Position numbers and translations under genes: made by a program. Below, piece by piece: positions 10,957 to 20,566 of a DNA stretch of 32,000 nucleotides. The stretch is from Desulfobulbus propionicus DSM 2032 (GTDB taxonomy: Bacteria; Desulfobacterota; Desulfobulbia; Desulfobulbales; Desulfobulbaceae): contig NC_014972.1 in NCBI RefSeq assembly GCF_000186885.1, positions 2,100,001 through 2,132,000 of the forward strand, given 5' to 3'. Numbering within the stretch: the stretch's first letter is position 1; every line of letters begins with the position of its first letter. Below the pieces are notes generated by a model, which was not told the origin of the DNA, ran no database searches, and was given only the letters and a program-made list of their open reading frames with translations.

Positions 10957-11820
10957 ATGTGCATCGATCTCCATACCCATTCCGTCTATTCCGATGGCAG
11001 TTCCACACCGGCCGAGCTGATCGAATTGGCCGTGGCCAATGGGATTTCGGGGCTGGCTCTCACCGACCACGATACGGTCGAGGGAGTGGCCGAGGTCAAG
11101 CGTCTGGGCGAGCAAGCCGGGCTGAGTGTCCTCACCGGGGTGGAGATCAGCACCACCCTGCGCCAACACACCCTGCACATTCTCGGCTATGGCATCGACG
11201 CCGACGATCCCCAGCTGCATCGCTGGCTGCTGCCCCTGCAACAAGGCCGGGAACGGCGCAACGCCATCATCCTCGACAAGCTGCGCGGCCTCGGCATCGA
11301 CATCACCGCCGAGGAAATCCAGGAAATTTCCCGCTGCGGCCAGACCGGCCGCCCCCACATCGCCCGCCTGCTGGTGGCCAAGGGGGTGGTCGACAGTTTC
11401 GAAGCCGCCTTCCGCCTCTATCTCGGCCGCAACAAACCGGCCTGGGAAGGCCGTTTCAGCTACTCCGCCACCGAGGCCATCGACATGATCCATCGGGTGG
11501 GCGGCGTGGCGGTGCTGGCCCATCCCGGCCAATTGGATTCGGAGATGCGGCTGCAACCGCCCCTGATCCGCGAGCTCGCCTTGCGCGGGCTCGACGGCAT
11601 CGAAATCTACTATCCGACCCACACTCGTAAAACGATGAAGAAACTCAAGACCCTCGCCGCAGAACTGGAACTGCTGGCCACCGGGGGCAGCGATTTCCAC
11701 GGCATGACCCGTCCCGCCCATCGCCTGGCCAACCGGGCCAACGGCTTCTGCCCGCCCTGCGCCCTGCTGGAGGCGGTCATTGCCCGCATCGACAAGCAAA
11801 AACGCTCATCTCTTTCCTGA
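10957..11820 (+). CDS. PHP-domain phosphoesterase (YciV/RNase AM-like)
   Basis: Start refined from 10825 to the ATG at 10957. MCIDLHTHSVYSDGSSTPAELIELA, LTDHDTVEG, GVEIS, GRPHIAR, AHPGQ and GSDFHG are PHP motifs. Confidence 0.9.
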   Translation: MCIDLHTHSVYSDGSSTPAELIELAVANGISGLALTDHDTVEGVAEVKRLGEQAGLSVLTGVEISTTLRQHTLHILGYGIDADDPQLHRWLLPLQQGRERRNAIILDKLRGLGIDITAEEIQEISRCGQTGRPHIARLLVAKGVVDSFEAAFRLYLGRNKPAWEGRFSYSATEAIDMIHRVGGVAVLAHPGQLDSEMRLQPPLIRELALRGLDGIEIYYPTHTRKTMKKLKTLAAELELLATGGSDFHGMTRPAHRLANRANGFCPPCALLEAVIARIDKQKRSSLS

Positions 11821-11831
11821 AGTGAACCGCC

Positions 11832-13220
<1,389 letters not shown>

Positions 13221-13445
13221 TCGTTGCGTTGCTGCCTGCGGCAGTTTGCGGTTCGACATTATCCTCTCACGGCCACGACCGGTTCCTCTGGTGCGCCCCA
13301 TCTTGCAGCCAAAGAGAGTCAATAATCCGTTGCATCAAGAAATATTCGGACGTTTTTACCCAATCGATGAGGTGACTGTCATGAATTACAGCCATTTCAC
13401 GGAGTGCAGTTTAGTAGATAGATATTCTTTTCAAGTCAATTAAAG

Positions 13446-14174
13446 ATGTGTGAACAAATGATATTATTGGATTTAATAAAGCAACTTATCGACCTTTGTC
13501 CTAATCCATACTCCGACTCTTGGGTGATTGATGGTGGCTGTCATCACGGGCATTTTTCTCGTGAAATAATAACCAGTTTACAACCATCTAATATTTTGTC
13601 ATTTGAACCGGATAGAGACTCTTTCGCTAAAGCAAAAATGAATTTGGACTCTATTTCGAATGTTGAAATTGTGAATGCAGCGATAGGGTCTGAAAAGGGA
13701 ACAGCTGAATTTTTTAGAGGGCCATATTCGTCTACAAATTCTCTGCTACAAAGGCCAGAAGCAAAATCAAAGCAATATTTTCCCAAAGATGCCGTTCTTG
13801 AAGGGGGAACTTTTGTTGATGTTGTTACCCTTGATGAAGAATGTGCATGTAGAGGGATAACGGCTCTGGATTTGTTGAAATTAGACCTTCAGGGTGCTGA
13901 ACTCTCTGCACTTATAGGAGCAAAGAATCTGCTTAGTTCCGGCTTGGTAAAAGTGATCCTTGTCGAAGCTGTATTTGTAAAAAAATACAAGGACCAACCG
14001 TTATTATGGGAACTATGGCGACATCTTGAAGAATATGGTTACACATTGTACTCCTTGGAGCAGATAAAAATTGGGATCTATGATCCTGATGAGTCTGGTT
14101 TAAGAAGCATGCAATGGAATCAATGCGATGCGATCTTCATATCTAAAAAAATTCGCGAACATCTCGACAGGTAA
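13446..14174 (+). CDS. FkbM-family SAM-dependent methyltransferase
   Basis: WVIDGGCHHGHFSREI (motif I), ILSFEPDRDSF, GTFVDVVTLDEECACRGITALDLLKLDLQGAELSALIGAKNLL is the FkbM signature. Base composition is markedly AT-rich relative to neighbours. Confidence 0.85.
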   Translation: MCEQMILLDLIKQLIDLCPNPYSDSWVIDGGCHHGHFSREIITSLQPSNILSFEPDRDSFAKAKMNLDSISNVEIVNAAIGSEKGTAEFFRGPYSSTNSLLQRPEAKSKQYFPKDAVLEGGTFVDVVTLDEECACRGITALDLLKLDLQGAELSALIGAKNLLSSGLVKVILVEAVFVKKYKDQPLLWELWRHLEEYGYTLYSLEQIKIGIYDPDESGLRSMQWNQCDAIFISKKIREHLDR

Positions 14175-14388
14175 TGCATAATCGGGTAAGGGCGGGTTTC
14201 TCTTCTACCATCCCCACACCACCTGGGATGCGGGGGCGCACTGAAATGCCTTTATGGTCCTCTGGGAAAAAGAAAAAATACATTTATAATAACTATCTCC
14301 ATCCGGACCCCGCAAACGACGCGAGTCCGGTGGCCGGACGTTAAGCCCTTGACCAAATCTATTCACATTTGGAAGGAAATATTTCACA

Positions 14389-15135
14389 ATGGACATCCCA
14401 CGGATATTCAACATCACTGAAAGTGCTCACCGCATCCACAACCCGATCACACCCGAAAAACTCGCCACTCTCGGCGCGGCGTTGCGTCTGGAATCGGGGG
14501 CCCGAGTGCTCGACCTCGGCAGCGGTTCAGGGGAGATGCTGTGCACCTGGGCACGCGATCGCGGCATCATCGGCACCGGTATCGACATGAGCCACTTGTT
14601 CACCGAGCACGCGAAACACCGTGCTCTAGAACTCGGCGTCGCCGATCAAGTCACGTTCATCCATGGCGATGCTGCCGGCTATGTCGCTGACGAGAAGGTC
14701 GATTTGGCCGCTTGTGTCGGTGCCACGTGGATCGGCGGGGGAGTCGCTGGTACCATCGAGCTGCTGCAGCGGAGCCTGCGCACCGGAGGAATCATCCTTA
14801 TCGGCGAGCCCTACTGGCGGCAGGTACCGCCGACGGACGATGTTGCCAAGGGCTGTCTTGCTGGCGCAATCTCCGACTTTCTCCTGCTTCCGGAACTGCT
14901 CGCGTCTTTCGGCCACCTTGGCTACGACGTCGTTGAAATGGTTCTGGCTGACCAGGACGGTTGGGACAGATACGAGGCGGCCAAATGGCTCACCATGCGC
15001 CGATGGCTTGAAGCCAACCCAGACGACGAGTTAGCCCAGGAGGTTCGAGCCCAACTGACCTCGGAACCCGAGCGCTACGCCGCTTACACGCGTGAATACC
15101 TGGGCTGGGGTGTGTTCGCGCTGATGCCCCGCTGA
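14389..15135 (+). CDS. Class I SAM-dependent methyltransferase
   Basis: GARVLDLGSGSGEMLCTWARDRG (motif I), VTFIHGDAAGYV, LRTGGIILIGEPYW; about 248 aa. Confidence 0.85.
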   Translation: MDIPRIFNITESAHRIHNPITPEKLATLGAALRLESGARVLDLGSGSGEMLCTWARDRGIIGTGIDMSHLFTEHAKHRALELGVADQVTFIHGDAAGYVADEKVDLAACVGATWIGGGVAGTIELLQRSLRTGGIILIGEPYWRQVPPTDDVAKGCLAGAISDFLLLPELLASFGHLGYDVVEMVLADQDGWDRYEAAKWLTMRRWLEANPDDELAQEVRAQLTSEPERYAAYTREYLGWGVFALMPR

Positions 15136-15169
15136 TGCGTTGGCGCACCCAGAGGATCGTCACCAGCTG

Positions 15170-15209
15170 GGAAAATTACAGGGACAGTAGGAAAATTACA
15201 GGGACAGTA
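15170..15209. repeat. Exact tandem duplication, 2 x 20 bp (GGAAAATTACAGGGACAGTA)
   Basis: Copy 1 at 15170-15189 and copy 2 at 15190-15209, read directly. Followed by the palindrome ATACGTAT (15209-15216). Confidence 0.85.
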
Positions 15210-15317
15210 TACGTATTACCCATCCAACCGTTTCCATACACGTCTTTCCCCTCCCTCCATCACTGCCGTTCGCAGGCCGCAGGAAGTCCGACGAGGTCGG
15301 CTAGACGGTTTGCAACC

Positions 15318-16334
15318 TCACAGCCAGTCGGTCAGTGACAGCCCGACGCCCACCCGGTTGACATACTGGTCATAATCGACCAGGCTTTCGCCATAGCCGT
15401 TGTAATACTGCACATAGCCGCGCAGGAAGGGCCAATCGCCCATGGGAAAACTCCAGCTGAACTGGAACGAACCGCGGTGGTAGTTGGACTCCAGGGCGTT
15501 GCGGGTCATCAGGCTGAAGGTGTGGTCGTCCCACTTGTAGGTGGCGCCGAGTTCGTAATGTCCCATGTACTTGGTGATATCCGGGTTGTCGTCGTCGCCT
15601 TCGCTCTCCGGGATGCGGTACCAGGGGGTGGCGATGAACCCGAGGTTGCCGTATTCAAACACCAGGGAGGCGAACAGCCGGTTCCAACTGCGCGACAGGG
15701 CGCTGCTCTGGCCGTTGGATTGGTGGTTGATGCCAAACGAATTGCTGGCATTGACGATGCCCAGTAGTTCCCAGCGGGGGTTGAACTGCACCCAAATCTC
15801 CGGCTCGTGGTTGGTTTCGCGGAAGGCCGCGGAAATGTCGTCGTTGTAGACCTGCCAGAAGCTGTGGTTGGTGTAGGCGGCAAAGATGTCGGTGGAATCG
15901 TCGAACAGTCCCACCACCAGCGGCGTCTTGATGCTGATCTGGAACTGGGCTTCCACCGAATCGAAATCATAGGTGCTGTCGCCGTTGGCCTTGCGATGGT
16001 GCTCGGCATTGTAGCCCTTTGAATTCCACGCTCCCGGCAGGATGTAATTGGGCCGGTGTGGCATGATGCTGAACGGCCGGAGCACGTTCTTCTTTTCCGC
16101 TTCCAGCCGCTGTTCCACCGCGCCTTTGCGGTCGGGGAGGCCGCGCTCGACACCGACCGCGTTTTGCAGACACTGCCGACGCAGGTCGCCGACGGTGACA
16201 CTGTCATCGGCCGTGGCCAGCTTGCTCTGCACGCATTCGTCCAGCGCATTGGCATCGGCCAAGCCGGCAGTGGAGAGGAAAACGATCAAGGCAGCGGTTC
16301 CGGCTGCACTCAGGGAAAAAGCAAGAGATCTCAT
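15318..16334 (-). CDS. pldA: Outer-membrane phospholipase A (OMPLA)
   Basis: Track ORF extends to 16592, but a signal peptide starts at MRSLAFSLSAAGTAALIVFLSTAGLADA. PldA core WVQFNPRWELLGIVNASNSFGINHQSNGQ...SRSWNRLFAS carries the H/S and Asn catalytic positions. Terminal beta-barrel strands present. Confidence 0.9.
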   Translation of the reverse strand: MRSLAFSLSAAGTAALIVFLSTAGLADANALDECVQSKLATADDSVTVGDLRRQCLQNAVGVERGLPDRKGAVEQRLEAEKKNVLRPFSIMPHRPNYILPGAWNSKGYNAEHHRKANGDSTYDFDSVEAQFQISIKTPLVVGLFDDSTDIFAAYTNHSFWQVYNDDISAAFRETNHEPEIWVQFNPRWELLGIVNASNSFGINHQSNGQSSALSRSWNRLFASLVFEYGNLGFIATPWYRIPESEGDDDNPDITKYMGHYELGATYKWDDHTFSLMTRNALESNYHRGSFQFSWSFPMGDWPFLRGYVQYYNGYGESLVDYDQYVNRVGVGLSLTDWL

Positions 16335-16389
16335 AAGGAACATCCTGATGGTGGAAACGAAACAAGCAAAGCCATTGTCCGGAAAAACC

Positions 16390-16599
16390 TCAGCGCCGGT
16401 TGAGGTTGCAGGATTGGACCTGGGCGAGGATGGTGCGCAAGGTCTGGAAAAAGATCGCGGCTTCCGGGTCATCCGGATGCAGCTCCCGCCGCTGCTCGTA
16501 GCGGGCAAAAAGCTGCGCCAGCACCTGAAAGGGCTGATCCTCTTCCAGCGCCCCAAGCATTTCCCAAACATCGGTGGTGTTGATTTCAGCATTCTTCAT
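16390..16599 (-). CDS. Small uncharacterised acidic protein (~69 aa)
   Basis: Track ORF 16390..16626; likely start MKNAEINTTDVWEMLGALEEDQPFQVLAQLFARYEQRRELHPDDPEAAIFFQTLRTILAQ. Amphipathic, protein-like composition. Overlaps the stop of the upstream small ORF. Confidence 0.6.
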   Translation of the reverse strand: MKNAEINTTDVWEMLGALEEDQPFQVLAQLFARYEQRRELHPDDPEAAIFFQTLRTILAQVQSCNLNRR

Positions 16600-16780
16600 G
16601 GTCGCCATCCGTGTTTTCCAGGGCATCGGTGCCCGCCGCCGGTTCCTCGTCGATCACATAGCCCACGCCGCAGCAGGCCGGGCATTCCTCGCGGGTAATG
16701 AAAAACCGGCTCTCGCCCTGAAAATATCCGATCTCGCCGCTGCCGCCGCAGGTGTTGCACACCTTTTTTTGTTCATCCAT
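16586..16780 (-). CDS. Small zinc-ribbon protein with DnaJ-type cysteine repeats (~64 aa)
   Basis: MDEQKKVCNTCGGSGEIGYFQGESRFFITREECPACCGVGYVIDEE: CxxCxGxG ... CxxCxGxG metal-binding pattern. Confidence 0.75.
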   Translation of the reverse strand: MDEQKKVCNTCGGSGEIGYFQGESRFFITREECPACCGVGYVIDEEPAAGTDALENTDGDHEEC

Positions 16781-16803
16781 GGCACCGCGCCCCCGTGGAT
16801 TGC

Positions 16804-17691
16804 CTACTCGATCCCCGCCGCCTGCTTGGCGGCCTGGAGGGTGTTTTTCATCAGCATGGTGATGGTCATCGGGCCGACGCCGCCGGGCACCGGGGTAATG
16901 GCGCCGGCCTTGCCGACCACCGAATCGAAATCGACATCACCGGCGAGGAGGGCCTTGCCGCTCTCCGTTTGACCAATGCGGTTGACGCCGACATCGATAA
17001 TTACCGCGCCCTCCTTGATCTGATCGCCCTTAATCATCTTGGCCACCCCGGCGGCCACGATCAGGATGTCGGCACGGCGGGTGTGGAAGGCCATGTCGCG
17101 GGTGCGGGTATGGCAGATGGTCACCGTGGCGTTGCCGCCGGCCCGCTTCTGCAGCATCAGGTTGGCGATCGGCTTGCCGACGATGTTGGAGCGGCCGACC
17201 ACCACCACCTCGGCGCCCGAGGTTTCGGTGCCGGAGCGCTGCAACAGTTCGAGGATGCCATGCGGGGTGCAGGGCAGGAAGCAGCGTTCGCCGAGCATCA
17301 TCTTGCCGACGTTGACCGGGTGAAAGCCGTCCACATCCTTGTCCGGATCGATGGCGAACAACACCTTGGCCTCGTCGATGTGGCGCGGCAGGGGCAGTTG
17401 CACCAGAATGCCGTGGATAGCCGGATTGCGGTTGTAGTCAGCAACAATGCCCAGCAGTTCGGCCTCGCTGGTGGCGGCGGGCAGGGTCACCTGCTCGGAA
17501 TGGATGCCCAAGGCATGGGCGGTCTTGTTCTTGGCGGCCACGTAGGATTGGGAGGCAGGGTCCTCGCCGACCAGGATGGTCACCAGCCCGGGTACCAGCC
17601 CATGGGCGGTTTTGAGGCGGGCAACTTCGGCGGCGATCTCTTCGCGAATGGCCTTGGCGGTTTCACTACCGCTGATGATCTGTGCAGGCAT
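16804..17691 (-). CDS. folD: Bifunctional methylenetetrahydrofolate dehydrogenase / methenyltetrahydrofolate cyclohydrolase
   Basis: Start refined from 17754 to MPAQIISGSETAKAIREEIAAEV. VGEDPASQSYVAAK, KDVDGFHPVNVG, VVVGRSNIVGKPIANLML and PVPGGVGPMTITMLMKNT are FolD motifs. Confidence 0.96.
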   Translation of the reverse strand: MPAQIISGSETAKAIREEIAAEVARLKTAHGLVPGLVTILVGEDPASQSYVAAKNKTAHALGIHSEQVTLPAATSEAELLGIVADYNRNPAIHGILVQLPLPRHIDEAKVLFAIDPDKDVDGFHPVNVGKMMLGERCFLPCTPHGILELLQRSGTETSGAEVVVVGRSNIVGKPIANLMLQKRAGGNATVTICHTRTRDMAFHTRRADILIVAAGVAKMIKGDQIKEGAVIIDVGVNRIGQTESGKALLAGDVDFDSVVGKAGAITPVPGGVGPMTITMLMKNTLQAAKQAAGIE

Positions 17692-17906
17692 GATGCAATA
17701 GCGCGGGAAAAATTCAATCAGGGGGCCAACGGCCCGGTCGTGTTTAAAACACACAACCTAGCACAACGGTTGATTTTTTCAAGGTGAGACTGGGAAATTC
17801 ACCGATCCGTGCACCATCTTTGCCCGCGATGTGCGCCAGGGAACCTGCCGGGAACAGCACCGGCCAATCGGCACCATCCACCACGCTGTCCTGGTAAACG
17901 GGGGGA

Positions 17907-18797
17907 TTACAGGTAGTCCATCAGACTGAGCGACGAAACCCGGGCCGTGACCTGCATGGTGGCTTCCAACGAGGTTTCCATCTTGGCGATTTCGGCAAGC
18001 ACTTCGGTGAGATCGGCGTCCTGGTGACGGGAAAGCGTGGTCTTGAGCAACAAGAGCGCATTCTCATGCATACTGATCATGTCGTCCATACGGGCACTGG
18101 TGTTGCCAAGCGCGCTCTGCTGGGCGCGGACCTGTTCCGCCGCCGCCTCCAGCGGGGTCAGCATGGCGGAAACATCGGCGCTGCTGCCGCTGGTCAGCGC
18201 GGTCTGCAAATCCTCCAGGGTGGTGAACAGGTTGATCGGACTCATGAACAGGTCGTCGCCGGTGATATTCTTGGCCACCGTGGTGCCGGGACTGATCTCG
18301 ATCATCTGCTGGTCGCCGGTGCCGTTGTAGGTGACCGGCGAACCGGAAAAAGGCACGGTCTGATCGTTGTACCCGGCAAAGATGTATTTGCCGGAGATCT
18401 GGGTATTGGCCAGGTCGAGCAGTTCCTGGTACAGCTGGCTGATCTCGTCGGCCAGGGTGGCCTTGTCCGCGGTGGACAGGCTGTCGTTGGCTCCGGCCAC
18501 GGCGATCTCCTTGGCCCGGGTCATCAGGCCCTCGATCGAGTCGATGGAGATCTCCGCATTGGCGAGACTATCCTGGACATGCTTGCAGTTTTCCACATAA
18601 CGTTCGCCCTTGACGATATCCGAACGGCAGCCGAGGATCGACCCGACCGAGGAAGGGTTGTCCGAAGCCTTGGCCACCGCCGTACCGGTCGAGGAGGTGA
18701 CATACAGTTCGTTAAGGATGGTGGAGGTTTTGCCCAGATTGGTCTGTAGGGAGCGATAGGCGGTGGCGTCTCGGGTGATGATCATGGCGAATCTCAC
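17907..18797 (-). CDS. flgL: Flagellar hook-associated protein 3 (FlgL)
   Basis: Flagellin-like termini (SLQTNLGKTSTILNELYVTSSTGTAVAKASDNPS...; C-terminal LTEVLAEIAKMETSLEATMQVTARVSSLSLMDYL). GTG start at 18797 overlaps the flgK stop; ATG at 18785 is an alternative. Confidence 0.93.
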   Translation of the reverse strand: MRFAMIITRDATAYRSLQTNLGKTSTILNELYVTSSTGTAVAKASDNPSSVGSILGCRSDIVKGERYVENCKHVQDSLANAEISIDSIEGLMTRAKEIAVAGANDSLSTADKATLADEISQLYQELLDLANTQISGKYIFAGYNDQTVPFSGSPVTYNGTGDQQMIEISPGTTVAKNITGDDLFMSPINLFTTLEDLQTALTSGSSADVSAMLTPLEAAAEQVRAQQSALGNTSARMDDMISMHENALLLLKTTLSRHQDADLTEVLAEIAKMETSLEATMQVTARVSSLSLMDYL

Positions 18798-20191
18798 ATG
18801 CGCAAGAGAGTGTCGAGCATTTCCTTGACCACGGAAATGTAGTTGGAGGCCGCTTCATACCCGGCCTGATACTGAATCAGCAGCACCATCTCCTCGTCGG
18901 TGGACACGCCGGAGACGGCATCGCGTTTGGAGTTGAGCGCATCCAGCAGATCGCCACTGGAGCTGAGCAGTTGTTCGTTGCTGCTCACCAACAGGCCGGC
19001 ATTGGCCGCGATCCGCGCATATTCCTCGGCATAGGTCGCGCCGTTGATGCTTGTGGTATCGCGCAGGGCGGCGATTTCCAGGCAAAGGCTGTTGTCAGCC
19101 GTGGTCCCGGTGATGCCGGCGGCGATCAGGGTCGGATCGTCGAAAGCGGCGGCGATGGAGGCCGCCGCCCCGTCCCAGGCATTGGCCAAGGGGTTGGTGG
19201 GAGCGACCAGGGAAAACAGGGCAATGGCCGCGTTGCCGTTCTGATCGAGACCGCCCATGGTCGAAATCAGATCGTTGACATCGGTGGCGATGGTGTAGGC
19301 CAGCCGGTCGAGGTCACTGTGCAGCTCGGGAAGCGTGACGTCGCGCACTTCAAGCCATCCCTTCAATGCGCCGCCGAAGTCCTGATCATCGAGACTGAAC
19401 GTGGTTCCGGCGCTGGTCAGGCTGATCTGGGTCAGACCGTCGACCTGGGCGGTGGAGAACGAGGCGGCGACATTGCCGGTCACCAGCGGCAGGCCGTTTT
19501 GCAGTTGCAGGCACACCATGCCGTTGTCGTCGGTATAGGCGGCGGCGCCGCAGGTTTCACTCGCCTGCTGCACCAACAGGTCGCGCTGGTCGCGCAGGGT
19601 GTTGGCGTCGCCGCCGGCCAGTTCGGTCCGCATGATCGATTGGTTGAGGTCGGCGATCTGCCGCAACTGATCGTTGAGGTCCGGAATGGCCGATTCGATG
19701 CTGGTGTTGATGCCGCTGACCACCTCATCGAGCTGTTGTGCGATCTGATTGCAGTGGTATGCCAGATCAGCTGCCTCCTGGACAACCTGCTGCCGTTCGG
19801 CCACCCCGGAAGGGTTGGTGCTCAGCTCTTCCCAGGCATCGAAAAAACTGTCGATGGCACTGGCAAGGCCCGTATCGCCGATGTCCAGAATCCGCTCGAT
19901 GTCCGCCAGCGGCGTGCTGGCCGCCTCGTATTGGCCGTAGGTGGCGCTCTGGGCCATCAATTGCCTGGTGATGAAAGCGTCGTTGGCCCGATCAATGGCA
20001 TCCACCGCGCTGCCGGTCCCATAGGTCAGCCCCCCCTGGGTCAACGGGGTCGAACTGGTGACATGGGCGGTCTGCCGCGAGTATCCCTCGGTGGCGGCAT
20101 TGGTGATGTTGTTGCCTGTGACCTGGATGGCCGTCTGGCTGGTGAATATGCCGCTGGCCCCGGTGTAGAGGGACGTGATCAGGCTGCCCAC
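18794..20191 (-). CDS. flgK: Flagellar hook-associated protein 1 (FlgK)
   Basis: LYTGASGIFTSQTAIQVTGNNITNAATEGYSRQ at the N-terminus and EEMVLLIQYQAGYEAASNYISVVKEMLDTLLRM at the C-terminus. GTG start. Confidence 0.96.
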   Translation of the reverse strand: MGSLITSLYTGASGIFTSQTAIQVTGNNITNAATEGYSRQTAHVTSSTPLTQGGLTYGTGSAVDAIDRANDAFITRQLMAQSATYGQYEAASTPLADIERILDIGDTGLASAIDSFFDAWEELSTNPSGVAERQQVVQEAADLAYHCNQIAQQLDEVVSGINTSIESAIPDLNDQLRQIADLNQSIMRTELAGGDANTLRDQRDLLVQQASETCGAAAYTDDNGMVCLQLQNGLPLVTGNVAASFSTAQVDGLTQISLTSAGTTFSLDDQDFGGALKGWLEVRDVTLPELHSDLDRLAYTIATDVNDLISTMGGLDQNGNAAIALFSLVAPTNPLANAWDGAAASIAAAFDDPTLIAAGITGTTADNSLCLEIAALRDTTSINGATYAEEYARIAANAGLLVSSNEQLLSSSGDLLDALNSKRDAVSGVSTDEEMVLLIQYQAGYEAASNYISVVKEMLDTLLRM

Positions 20192-20193
20192 GG

Positions 20194-20550
20194 CTAAACG
20201 CTCCGGCTGAGCAGGCGCGGACCGGCGCCGATCTGCAGGGAACGGCCATGGGCCGCATAGGTTAGGGCCAGGCGGCGAAAGACATTGTCTTGCAGGCGGC
20301 GAACCAGCTTCAGGCCGGATTCGAGCAGCCTGCGATTGCGTTCGTTGTTGGCCTGTATGCGACCGATGAGTTCGGTGCTCTCCTGGTCAACAGGCTGTTT
20401 GATTCGGTTGAGCAGCTTGAGCAGCCGGGTCTTTTCCTGCTGGATTTCGTCAAGCTGTGCCATGCGCAGATGGGTGATCGCTTGGCGTTCCCTGAGCAGC
20501 AGATCGTTGAGCGCCAGGAGAAATGTATTCAAAGATGACCCAGAATCCAT
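20194..20550 (-). CDS. flgN: FlgN-like flagellar export chaperone
   Basis: 118-aa coiled-coil-rich protein directly upstream of flgK (LLLRERQAITHLRMAQLDEIQQEKTRLLKLL...NNERNRRLLESGLKLV), FlgN-like by pattern and context. Confidence 0.75.
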   Translation of the reverse strand: MDSGSSLNTFLLALNDLLLRERQAITHLRMAQLDEIQQEKTRLLKLLNRIKQPVDQESTELIGRIQANNERNRRLLESGLKLVRRLQDNVFRRLALTYAAHGRSLQIGAGPRLLSRSV

Positions 20551-20566
20551 TGTTTATGCTCCCTTG

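Noticed and set aside
13246-13443. 65-aa ORF between the sigma54 regulator and the FkbM methyltransferase
   Set aside because: No family resemblance, unusual composition and overlapping alternative frames; likely non-coding junction DNA.
16335-16592. N-terminal extension of the PldA ORF and a possible frame slip in an A-run near 16316-16321
   Set aside because: The extension overlaps the small ORF region and precedes a clear signal peptide. My by-eye reading of the homopolymer was ambiguous by one base, but both overlapping track ORFs agree on one frame, so I do not claim a frameshift.
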